64,000 nt of DNA from positions 93,487 to 157,486 of the IMG/VR virus record IMGVR_UViG_645948442_000001; one strand, 5' to 3'. Positions 55,936 through 64,000 of this stretch are shown in pieces. Source of the stretch: a virus. Lineage: Duplodnaviria; Caudoviricetes. How positions within the stretch are numbered: the stretch's first letter is position 1; every line of letters begins with the position of its first letter. The translations under genes were made by a program, and so were the position numbers. A model generated the notes under the pieces. That model searched no databases. It had not been told where the DNA came from and was given only the letters and a program-made list of their open reading frames with translations.

Positions 55936-57009
55936 TTGAATCCATTCAACATCATCAGTGATACAGGCGTCAGCGCCGCAGTCTATGCTGGCCTGTCCCG
56001 GGCCAAGTGCACCGGACAATACAAGGAATGTCGCAACGGCGGAAGCACATTCCTGCGAAACGTCAAGTTTCACATCACAGACCCCCGCAACCGCAACCTG
56101 ACCTTGAACGGTCGCAAGTCCAACATCTTCCAGATGGTCGCAGAGACCTTCTGGGTGATGTCCGGCAGCGGCAACATCAAGGAGTTCCTGGAGTTCTTCC
56201 TGCCCCGGGCGCCGCAGTACAGCGACGACGGTATCAACTGGCACGGCGCCTACGGCCCGCGCATGTATGCCCACAATCAACTCCAGAGCGCCATCGATCT
56301 GCTGATCAAGGACAAGGACACTCGTCGTGCGTATGTGATGATTGCTGACCCGACACTCGACTCGGCCCCAGCGATTGAAGCAGCCTACGGCGTCGGTCAC
56401 TCCCCCAAGGACGTGCCCTGCAACCGCGAGATCCACATCAACATCATCGAAGACAAGCTGTGCATGAAGGTGATCCAGCGCAGCGGCGACATGCTGTTTG
56501 GTACTGGTTCGATCAATCCGTTCGAGTTCACGTTCCTGCAAGAGTTGCTGTCCGAGGCAACCGGCTATGCGCTGGGTGACTACCAGTGGGATGTGACTGA
56601 TGCCCACTACTACAAGGCGTTTGAAGACCAAGTCAACGATGTTCTGCGTTCCGAGCAGACATTCTGGCCCAACGACGGCAAGCCGCTGGGCACCAGATTC
56701 ACCAGCGCAACGAAGATGCAAGAATTCTTCGCAGGTGTGGTGAGGGTCTGGGTCAAACAGATCAATCGTTTGATCGACCTGGGCGACGCCCACTATGCCA
56801 TCAACGATTTGTTCGCAGACTACGGCGTGCTGCCCGAAGGTCGTCTGCGCGACTACGCCAAGATGGTCACTTTCTACATCGCCGCCAAGCAGGGTGAAAT
56901 CGAAGGCGATTTCAAGGCACTGCTCACAAACATCCCAACCAACACCGATCTGGGCCAGGCCATCTTGACCTCGCCCTTCCGCAAATTCGGCGTTGTGCTG
57001 GGGGACTGA
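55936..57009 (+). CDS. dUMP hydroxymethylase (thymidylate-synthase fold)
   Basis: YSDDG..GAYGPR, catalytic DVPCN, RSGD..SIN (Asn typical of dUMP-specific enzymes), HYY; GGAG RBS with TTG start. Confidence 0.8.
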   Translation: MNPFNIISDTGVSAAVYAGLSRAKCTGQYKECRNGGSTFLRNVKFHITDPRNRNLTLNGRKSNIFQMVAETFWVMSGSGNIKEFLEFFLPRAPQYSDDGINWHGAYGPRMYAHNQLQSAIDLLIKDKDTRRAYVMIADPTLDSAPAIEAAYGVGHSPKDVPCNREIHINIIEDKLCMKVIQRSGDMLFGTGSINPFEFTFLQELLSEATGYALGDYQWDVTDAHYYKAFEDQVNDVLRSEQTFWPNDGKPLGTRFTSATKMQEFFAGVVRVWVKQINRLIDLGDAHYAINDLFADYGVLPEGRLRDYAKMVTFYIAAKQGEIEGDFKALLTNIPTNTDLGQAILTSPFRKFGVVLGD

Positions 57010-57581
57010 TGAAGAATGTATTGTGCTTGTGCGGTGAACGTCAACGCGGGAAAGACTATCTGACGGCTCTGCTGGGTCGCAAGTTCGGGGCAACCCGTCT
57101 GAGCTTCAGCGATGAAGTGCGCCGTCTGGCTGGTGACCTCCACCCTTGGTTCGACCCTTGGGAAGAGCAGTACAAGGAACGGGTGTATCCGGCCATCGAG
57201 AACGTGAACAACCTGACGGGCCGGGAAATCCTGCTCAGTGCCGGTCGTATCCGTGACGTGGACCCAGCCTACTTCGTCAAGAAATTCATGGCGCACCAGC
57301 TGCCTCATGTGCTGGCTGAGCCTGATCGTCTGTTCGTCATCACTGACTTCCGGACGCCCGACGAATACGCTGGCTTCCTTGAGCCCAACGGCATCCCGAC
57401 ACTCAAGGTGACCCGGGACATGGATGATCTGCCCCATCCATTCGAGGAGTGGATTCGTCAGTTCAAGGCAGACCACCACTTCCACAACAACCCGGGCGAC
57501 GAGCAGAATGATGAAGGGTTCATCGGCATGGTGCAGTCCATGCGCTCCTACGGCATCATCAACTTTCAGGACAAACAATGA
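57009..57581 (+). CDS. nucleoside monophosphate kinase (putative hmdUMP/dNMP kinase)
   Basis: P-loop GERQRGKD, FSD, ITDFR..E; TGATG overlap with the hydroxymethylase. Confidence 0.75.
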   Translation: MKNVLCLCGERQRGKDYLTALLGRKFGATRLSFSDEVRRLAGDLHPWFDPWEEQYKERVYPAIENVNNLTGREILLSAGRIRDVDPAYFVKKFMAHQLPHVLAEPDRLFVITDFRTPDEYAGFLEPNGIPTLKVTRDMDDLPHPFEEWIRQFKADHHFHNNPGDEQNDEGFIGMVQSMRSYGIINFQDKQ

Positions 57582-58168
57582 ACACATTCCTCTCCAAGGA
57601 TGAGATCGTTGATCTCATCGAAGACCAGATCAAGCTGAACCGGGTGTTTGACCCGCAGGACAAGTGGCTGGCTTTTGATTTCGTCCACCGGCTGGACTCT
57701 GCCATCTACAGCGAGTGGGGCGAGTTCCTCGCTGAGATCAACAAGGTCTGGAAGTGGTACGACCCCAAGGCGCCTGAAGTGGATGTGGCCAAGGCTGTGT
57801 TCGAGCTGGTGGATGTGACCAAGTTCATGATCAGCCGTCTGCTGAACCGTGGCCTCAAGCTGGAGGACGCATCGCAGTATGCAGGCAACCGAGTCCCCTA
57901 TGAGGACATGGGGGCCATGTATGCTCTGAGCCAGGCTCAGTCGGCCTTCAGCCGGGGCATGAACCCGAACGACGGGGCACAGCTGGCTCTGCGCAATCTG
58001 GACGACATGCTGTTCTATGCATGCTCCATGTTCAACATCAGCAAGGCCACGTTCCTGGATGCCATGAACCAGAAGGACCAACGCTGTCACAACCGGGCCA
58101 ACGCTGGCCAGATGCAGGGTGTTGACGTCAAGTCCGCCGAGAAGCCTTTGGAGTTGAGGATACTCTGA
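57578..58168 (+). CDS. dimeric all-alpha dUTPase/dTTPase-like pyrophosphatase
   Basis: Q..LN, EWGE..E, WKWY, ELVD..KF motifs. Confidence 0.75.
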   Translation: MNTFLSKDEIVDLIEDQIKLNRVFDPQDKWLAFDFVHRLDSAIYSEWGEFLAEINKVWKWYDPKAPEVDVAKAVFELVDVTKFMISRLLNRGLKLEDASQYAGNRVPYEDMGAMYALSQAQSAFSRGMNPNDGAQLALRNLDDMLFYACSMFNISKATFLDAMNQKDQRCHNRANAGQMQGVDVKSAEKPLELRIL

Positions 58169-58398
58169 TGGCCGAGTCGTCCACTACGTACTATTGCCCT
58201 CTGTGCAACCATGAAGTGGGCAACAAGTCTGAGCTGGAAATCCACATCAGCAAGACGCACCAGATGCGTTTCGCTGGTTACGACGACATGGTGAGGAGGA
58301 TGTCGGCGATCGGATTCGCAGCCGACGACTTCAAACCGCAACCCAAGAAACCGAAAGAAAGCACTCAATGGCAACATCCTCCCTCGCAGCCCGTCTGA
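58168..58398 (+). CDS. classical C2H2 zinc-finger protein
   Basis: YYCPLC-x12-HISKTH. Confidence 0.65.
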   Translation: MAESSTTYYCPLCNHEVGNKSELEIHISKTHQMRFAGYDDMVRRMSAIGFAADDFKPQPKKPKESTQWQHPPSQPV

Positions 58399-59468
58399 TC
58401 AAGGCAGCTGGCAAGTCCCACGCAACCATGCTCTCGGCGTCCGACCTCGGCCGCAAAGACGTGATCTGCCACTCCAGCATCCCAATCCTGAACGTGATGC
58501 TGTCCGGCGAACTCAACGGAGGCATCACCTGCGGCATCACCCAGGTGGTGGGCGACTCCCGCACCTTCAAGACCCTGATCTGCATCGAGGCCGTCGTGGC
58601 CTACCTGGAGCATGACCCGGACGCCATCTGCATCTTCTTTGACTGTGAGTTCGGTGGTCTGGCTGCTTTCGAGGCCCGCCTGACTCCTGATCAGCTGGCC
58701 CGCGTCGTCCACGTGCCCTTCGAAGACCTGGAAGACCTGAAATTCCAGATGACCAAGATGGTCGAGAACGTCCAGCGCGGCGAGAAAGTCATCTTCTTCG
58801 TCGACTCGGTCAGCCAGGTGGCCTCCAAGAAGGAAGCCGAGAATGCGCTGAACAGCAACGAGGCTGCTGACTTGACTCGTGCTCGTGAGATGAACTCTTT
58901 CTTCCGCATCATCACACCCAAGCTGAACATCCGCAACATCCCGCTGTTCGTGATCAACTCCTACTACGAGGACACCACTTCCAACTATGCTGAGGTGATC
59001 ATTAAGGGCGGCAAGCAGATTTTCCTGTCCTCTGATGCCCTGTGGTTCGTCACCCGCGCCCAGGAGAAGGACGAAGCCACCAAGGAGCTCACTGGCTGGT
59101 CATTCAACTACGCCATGATGAAGAGCCGTTTCTGCCGGGAGAAGTCCAAGATGTCCATCCGCGTGACCTACGCTGGTGGCATCGACCGCACTTCATCCCT
59201 GCTGGAACTGGCCCGAGAGAGTGGCTATCTGGATATGCCCACCAGCGGATTCTACCAGTTCAACGCCAAGGTCATTCCAGGCGCCACCGAGAAGAAGTTC
59301 CGCAAGAAGGAACTTCAGGACACGGCCAACTGGGAGCACTGGGAACTGCTGCTGAAGCAAGAGGGCTTCCAGCAATTCGTCAAGCGCAAGTTCGCTCTCA
59401 GCGAGGCAGGCCACGGCGCCTCCAATGAGGTGATCGACATCGATACCGGCGAGATCACCAAGGGCTGA
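58368..59468 (+). CDS. uvsX: RecA-like recombinase
   Basis: LNVMLSG..GG, GDSRTFKT, FDCEFG, DS..ASKKE, D.TRA. Confidence 0.95.
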   Translation: MATSSLAARLIKAAGKSHATMLSASDLGRKDVICHSSIPILNVMLSGELNGGITCGITQVVGDSRTFKTLICIEAVVAYLEHDPDAICIFFDCEFGGLAAFEARLTPDQLARVVHVPFEDLEDLKFQMTKMVENVQRGEKVIFFVDSVSQVASKKEAENALNSNEAADLTRAREMNSFFRIITPKLNIRNIPLFVINSYYEDTTSNYAEVIIKGGKQIFLSSDALWFVTRAQEKDEATKELTGWSFNYAMMKSRFCREKSKMSIRVTYAGGIDRTSSLLELARESGYLDMPTSGFYQFNAKVIPGATEKKFRKKELQDTANWEHWELLLKQEGFQQFVKRKFALSEAGHGASNEVIDIDTGEITKG

Positions 59469-59752
59469 CCTCCATTGTAGGCCCTATAATAGCCCCTGGC
59501 GCGAAAGCCCAGGGGCTTTCTTGTATCTGAAATACCCACTTCCTGAACAGGGGTATGACGATTGGGTTTAGGGCTCAAAAGGCCCTGTCTAATCATGGAT
59601 CTCTGAGTTTCACGTTAGAAATTTGAAAGATTTTTAAGTGATTTCATCCCCAGGCAAAAATTTCAGCCTATACTACGTTCACCGCTGAGAAACAAACTGA
59701 AAAACTTAGCGGCAACCTTTCAACCAGTTCATAACATAGGAGTGAACAACAA

Positions 59753-61186
59753 ATGGGTAAGAATCTCGCATCTCTGGCTTCGCAACGCATCGTTTCGGCT
59801 GAAGTCGTGAAAATGGGTGACCAGCTGATCGTCCCCGAGGGCATGTCGTTCCTGGAAGCCGTGGATGCACTGGAGCAGGCCGAAGCCTACGCTCAGCAAG
59901 AAACCTCCTTCGCCACCATCTACGACGTGCTGCCGTTCGACGGCGCCGTGGCTCTGGCCGCCGTGCTGGAAAAGCGTTACGGCTGGGCCAAGCAAGTGTC
60001 CACCCCCGGCTTCTTCGGCCCCACTCCCCCGAAGATCATCAACGTGGCCACCGGCGTCAACAGCAGCGTGGACGTGCCCTGGGGCGAGTTCTCGATCCCC
60101 GGCGTGGAAGGCACCATCGGCACTTCGGTCACCCGCAAGGGCAACCGCCTGACTTTCGTCATGACGGCTGACATCAAGCGTTCCGGCGAAGCCATCGTCC
60201 GCAAGATCGCCGAGGAAGTCAAGGAGCACCTGAAGCAAAACTCGATCTACAAGGGCAAGGCCGTCAAGATCCGCTTCAAGGACAGCGACGGCGACTGGCT
60301 GCCCATGCCCGAAGTCGAGTTCCTGGACCACACCAAGGTGAAGCCCAGCGACCTGATCTACTCGGAAGAAGTGCAGACCAGCGTGGAAGTGAACCTGTTC
60401 ACGCCCATCAGCAACTTCCAGAAGTGCCTGGACAACAACGTGCCCCTGAAGCGCGGCGTGCTGCTCGGTGGCCCCTTCGGCACCGGCAAGACCATGGCCG
60501 CCTCGGCTGCTGCCTACCTCGCCGTGGAAAACGGCCTGACGTACATCTACGTCAACCGCACCGACGAGCTGGAAGCCGGCATCGAGTTCGCCAAGCAGTA
60601 CCAGAACCCGGCCTGTGTGCTGTTCTGCGAAGACGTGGACCGCGTGACCGGTGGTGATCGCAGCCTGGACATGGACGCCATCCTGAACATCCTGGACGGC
60701 GTGGACACCAAGGGCGCCAACATCATCAGCGTGCTGACGACCAACGCCATGGAGAACATCAACCCGGCGATGATCCGCCCCGGTCGCCTGGACGCCGTGA
60801 TCAACGTGACGGCCCCCGACGCCAAGGCTGCGGCCCGCATCGTGGCCATGTACGCTGGCAAGGCCCTGCAGGAAGGCGCTGATCTGACCCAGGTGGGTGA
60901 GAAGCTGTCCGGCATGATCCCTGCGGCGATCGCTGAAGTGGTCAAGCGTGCCAAGCTGGCCCAGATGCGTCTGGACACCGGTGCTGAACTGGGCAAGCTG
61001 TCGGCTCAGGCCTTCCTGGACGCTGCGACTTCCATGAAGCTCCAGATGGACCTGCTGAACAAGGATCGCACGGCGGCGCCGACCACGATCGACGACCTGA
61101 TCGTGTCCGCTCTGGACAAGGCCGTGGCCGCCCGCCTGGGCACCGTCAAGGACGAGGTGACCGAGATCCACCGCCGCGTCTGCTAA
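59753..61186 (+). CDS. AAA+ ATPase (classic AAA clade)
   Basis: GPFGTGKT, LFCEDVD, LNILDG, TTN, RPGRLD arginine finger. Confidence 0.9.
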   Translation: MGKNLASLASQRIVSAEVVKMGDQLIVPEGMSFLEAVDALEQAEAYAQQETSFATIYDVLPFDGAVALAAVLEKRYGWAKQVSTPGFFGPTPPKIINVATGVNSSVDVPWGEFSIPGVEGTIGTSVTRKGNRLTFVMTADIKRSGEAIVRKIAEEVKEHLKQNSIYKGKAVKIRFKDSDGDWLPMPEVEFLDHTKVKPSDLIYSEEVQTSVEVNLFTPISNFQKCLDNNVPLKRGVLLGGPFGTGKTMAASAAAYLAVENGLTYIYVNRTDELEAGIEFAKQYQNPACVLFCEDVDRVTGGDRSLDMDAILNILDGVDTKGANIISVLTTNAMENINPAMIRPGRLDAVINVTAPDAKAAARIVAMYAGKALQEGADLTQVGEKLSGMIPAAIAEVVKRAKLAQMRLDTGAELGKLSAQAFLDAATSMKLQMDLLNKDRTAAPTTIDDLIVSALDKAVAARLGTVKDEVTEIHRRVC

Positions 61187-61252
61187 TCCCCGGGCCCAGG
61201 GAGAGCCTTGAAAATCTCCCTCCTCCAGTAGACGCTTGATCGCGTCCTTCCA

Positions 61253-61303
61253 CCCCTCACCGACTGCAAAGTCCGTGAGGGGCTTTTTGTTTTCAGCTAT
61301 AAT
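61253..61303 (+). promoter_or_regulatory. terminator plus promoter cassette
   Basis: CCCCTCAC..GTGAGGGGCTTTTTGTTTTCAGCTATAAT. Confidence 0.75.
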
Positions 61304-61350
61304 ATATGGCTGGGCGCCAAATTCAGGTCGCCCAAATACACAGGAGAGCC

Positions 61351-62850
61351 ATGTTTCAAGAATCGCTCATCCTGGCCGGGATGTTCAGCCTGGACAGGTA
61401 TGCCAAAACAGCAATTCCAAACATCACACCAGAATTATTCTCCAAACCGCACTACCGCGAACTGTATCGTCTCGTGGTATCGTACTACACCAAATACAGC
61501 GCACTGCCCACCACGAGCGCCATCGCGGTGGAACTGGAAAGCACCCCAATGCCGGAGGGGCTTTTCAACGACGCAGTGGACTTCCTCGAAGGGATGTCCA
61601 CCCAACAGCCGATCAATGAGGACTGGCTGTGTGAACGGGCTGAGAAATGGGCCCAGGAGAGGTCGATCTACAATGCCATGCAGACGGCCATTGAGATCAT
61701 CGACGGTAACCACAAGAAATACGACAAGGGGGCCATCCCCCAACTGATCGCCGACGCGTTTGGGGTCACCTTCAACAAGTCTGTGGGTATTGACTACTTC
61801 AGCACCTTCGAGGAGCAATGGGAGTATTACCAGTCACCAGACAACAAAATCCCCTTCAGTGTGGATGTGCTCAACCGAGTGACCAAGGGTGGGGCCAAGC
61901 GCAAGTCTCTCAACATCGTCATGGCCGGCATCAATGTGGGCAAGACCACATGGCTGATCAATATGGCCGAGAGCTACCTGGATCAAGGGCTCAACGTCAT
62001 CTATTTCTCGCTTGAGGTCGACGGCCACACCATCCGTGAGCGGTCTGACGTCTCGTTCATGGGTGAGAATTTCGACAAGGTCAGGTCGCTTGAGAAACAC
62101 GCCTACATGAACAGGGGCGCCAAGCTGCGGGGCAAGTTCAAGGGCGAGTATGTGATCTATGACATGCCTGCCTCATCTGTTCACACAGGCCACATCCGGC
62201 ACGTGTTGAACGAGCTCAAGATGAAGCGTGGGATCACTTTCGACGTGATCCTGGTTGACTACATCACCCTGCTCAACTCATCCTGCCTCCCTCCTTCCTC
62301 CAAGGCCGACACCAACGGCTACTACACCAATGTGGCTGAGGAGCTTCGCTCACTGGCCAAGGAGATGGACGCCATCTGCTGGACTGCTGCACAGTTCAAT
62401 CGCAGTGGGCAGAGTGCTGATGATCCCACCATGGGTGATACTGGTCTGTCCATCGGCATCCAGGCAACGTCAGACTTCACCCTGGCTTTGGCCCAGCCCG
62501 ATGAGTTGGCCAAGAACATGCAGGTTCTGTGCAAGGTTCTCAAGAACAGATACGGCAACAAGCAGTCCTTCGGCAAGTTCATCATGGGTCTGGACAATGA
62601 CCTCCAGAAGTTCTACGACGTAGACGAGGAGCACCAGAAGTCATACATGGATGAGGCTGACCTCAATGATTTCCAACAGGCCAAGAAGCCCACCACGGCT
62701 GAACAGCTGATGAAGCCAACAGAGAAGCCCAACAATGATGTCAAGTTGCCCAACAGGCCAACGAATCAGTCGGTAGAAGACATCTTCACAACGTTGGCCA
62801 CCCATTCGGACAAGGAGAAGGAGAAGACAGTAGCTGACTGGAATTTCTGA
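61351..62850 (+). CDS. gp41: replicative DNA helicase
   Basis: AGINVGKT, SLE, VDYI, WTAAQFNR, KNRYG; AGGAG RBS. Confidence 0.95.
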   Translation: MFQESLILAGMFSLDRYAKTAIPNITPELFSKPHYRELYRLVVSYYTKYSALPTTSAIAVELESTPMPEGLFNDAVDFLEGMSTQQPINEDWLCERAEKWAQERSIYNAMQTAIEIIDGNHKKYDKGAIPQLIADAFGVTFNKSVGIDYFSTFEEQWEYYQSPDNKIPFSVDVLNRVTKGGAKRKSLNIVMAGINVGKTTWLINMAESYLDQGLNVIYFSLEVDGHTIRERSDVSFMGENFDKVRSLEKHAYMNRGAKLRGKFKGEYVIYDMPASSVHTGHIRHVLNELKMKRGITFDVILVDYITLLNSSCLPPSSKADTNGYYTNVAEELRSLAKEMDAICWTAAQFNRSGQSADDPTMGDTGLSIGIQATSDFTLALAQPDELAKNMQVLCKVLKNRYGNKQSFGKFIMGLDNDLQKFYDVDEEHQKSYMDEADLNDFQQAKKPTTAEQLMKPTEKPNNDVKLPNRPTNQSVEDIFTTLATHSDKEKEKTVADWNF

Positions 62851-62967
62851 TAATGACCCTCTGGGCCGGTACGATTTATTCCCGGCTCAGATTTTCACCC
62901 TATAATACGTTCACTGCAACCCGCAGACAACCCGGCCCTAACAAGCCAACATTCACTGGAGTTCCAT

Positions 62968-63948
62968 ATGTCCCAAAAGTGCCCTTGCATCATCCACAGC
63001 CTGATGGCCGGTATCGCTGCTTCCTTCCAATCCAACGGCGTCGTGGTCTCCGAGGACCATCTGCACGAAGCCGTTCTCAGCGGCGTTCAAGGCCTGCCGG
63101 AGAACGTGCAAGGTGCCATGCTGGCCGCCTGGTCCGAGACCCCCGAAGGCATCGCCCGTCTGGCCGAAATGGCCGCTGAAGAACGCCAACTCAAGGTCGG
63201 CGGCCAGCTCGTGAACCCCCAACTGGCTGCGAACATCGCTGACGAAGCCATCAAGGCGGCGCGCACCGCTCCCCCGGGCACTCCCGGCACCGGCCTGCTG
63301 ACCCACGCTGGTCGCATCAAGACCACGGCTGCTGCTCTGGATGCTGCCTTGGCCGACTCCGGTGGCGAAGTCGTCGACTACGATCAACTGCCTGCCGAAG
63401 TCCAAGCCAAGATCGATCAGCTGCGCGCTGGTGGTGCCGATGTCTTGGCCGTCAAGCTCCCGGCCAACGGCGGCATCCAGTCCCTGCTGAACAGCCTCGG
63501 TCTCGATGAAGGCGAAGACAACCGCCCCGGCCATCCCGACATCGACCGCATCCGCTCCGAAACCGCCGCAATGCGCAAGCAACTGGGTGTGCCTGAACTG
63601 GTGACCAACGAAGTGCTGGGCAAACTGCTCCCCCAACTGAAGCAATCCATGGGCGTGGCCGCTATGGGCGCGGCCCTCGGTCTCGTCGATGACGAACGCA
63701 CCACCGTCATGGTGTCCCAGCTGGAAATGAAGTCCGCCGCGCTGGTCAGCGCCTGGATCGTGGACCAAGCCGAGAACATCCGCACCGGCGCCTTCGTCCC
63801 CGACTTCCTGGAAAGCGTCGGCAAAGAGATCACAGAAGGCAAGAAGCGTTCGGCGCACATCGGCTCTCGCAGCGCTGTCGAATGCTGGACCGTCACCGAA
63901 GCCTCCTTCAAGACCGCCACTTCCGTCGCCCCCAAGGCCGCTGCCTAA
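62968..63948 (+). CDS. hypothetical protein, probably highly expressed
   Basis: Own promoter (TTTTCACCCTATAAT at ~62892), TGGAG RBS, strongly biased codons. Confidence 0.8.
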   Translation: MSQKCPCIIHSLMAGIAASFQSNGVVVSEDHLHEAVLSGVQGLPENVQGAMLAAWSETPEGIARLAEMAAEERQLKVGGQLVNPQLAANIADEAIKAARTAPPGTPGTGLLTHAGRIKTTAAALDAALADSGGEVVDYDQLPAEVQAKIDQLRAGGADVLAVKLPANGGIQSLLNSLGLDEGEDNRPGHPDIDRIRSETAAMRKQLGVPELVTNEVLGKLLPQLKQSMGVAAMGAALGLVDDERTTVMVSQLEMKSAALVSAWIVDQAENIRTGAFVPDFLESVGKEITEGKKRSAHIGSRSAVECWTVTEASFKTATSVAPKAAA

Positions 63949-64000
63949 TACCAGGCAAGCCGGAGGGGAATGATCCCCTCCAACCCCATGTGAGGGTATA

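Noticed and set aside
55936-57009. Ordinary thymidylate synthase or dCMP hydroxymethylase
   Set aside because: The motif pattern (SDDG, GAYGPR, D.PCN) fits hydroxymethylases, and Asn rather than Asp at the specificity position favours dUMP; not biochemically proven
1-64000. tRNA or rRNA genes
   Set aside because: No cloverleaf with T-loop GTTCRA and acceptor stem was noticed in the intergenic gaps; tRNAscan-SE was not run

Overview
A 64-kb segment of a GC-rich (roughly 55-60% by eye) T4-superfamily myovirus genome. Its gene set (dUMP hydroxymethylase, bacterial-type RNase HI, fused gp39/60 topoisomerase) resembles Delftia phage phiW-14 / ViI-like hypermodifying phages; this is an inference, not a database match. 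1-22.6 kb (+) and 22.8-32.4 kb (-) are convergent accessory blocks of small ORFs with several expanded paralog families, an Rnl2-type RNA ligase and an HNH nuclease, punctuated by a repeated terminator-plus-promoter cassette (18 copies found across the window). 32.4-43 kb (-) carries DNA ligase, DexA, a MazG-like pyrophosphatase, a SLOG protein, RegA, gp62/44/45 and a phosphoesterase. 43.5-64 kb (+) carries topoisomerase II with an HNH/NUMOD3 endonuclease between its subunit genes, a putative late/lysis block, RNase H, gp55, gp47/46, primase, a hydroxymethyl-dU nucleotide cluster, UvsX, an AAA+ ATPase and gp41 helicase. The strongest unexplained signal is a ~350-nt, promoter-bounded, densely base-paired candidate ncRNA at 42998-43345 (-). 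Other highlights are a hairpin occluding the homing endonuclease RBS, leaderless genes, a metallothionein-like micro-ORF and two classical C2H2 zinc-finger proteins. No tRNA, rRNA or CRISPR array was seen.
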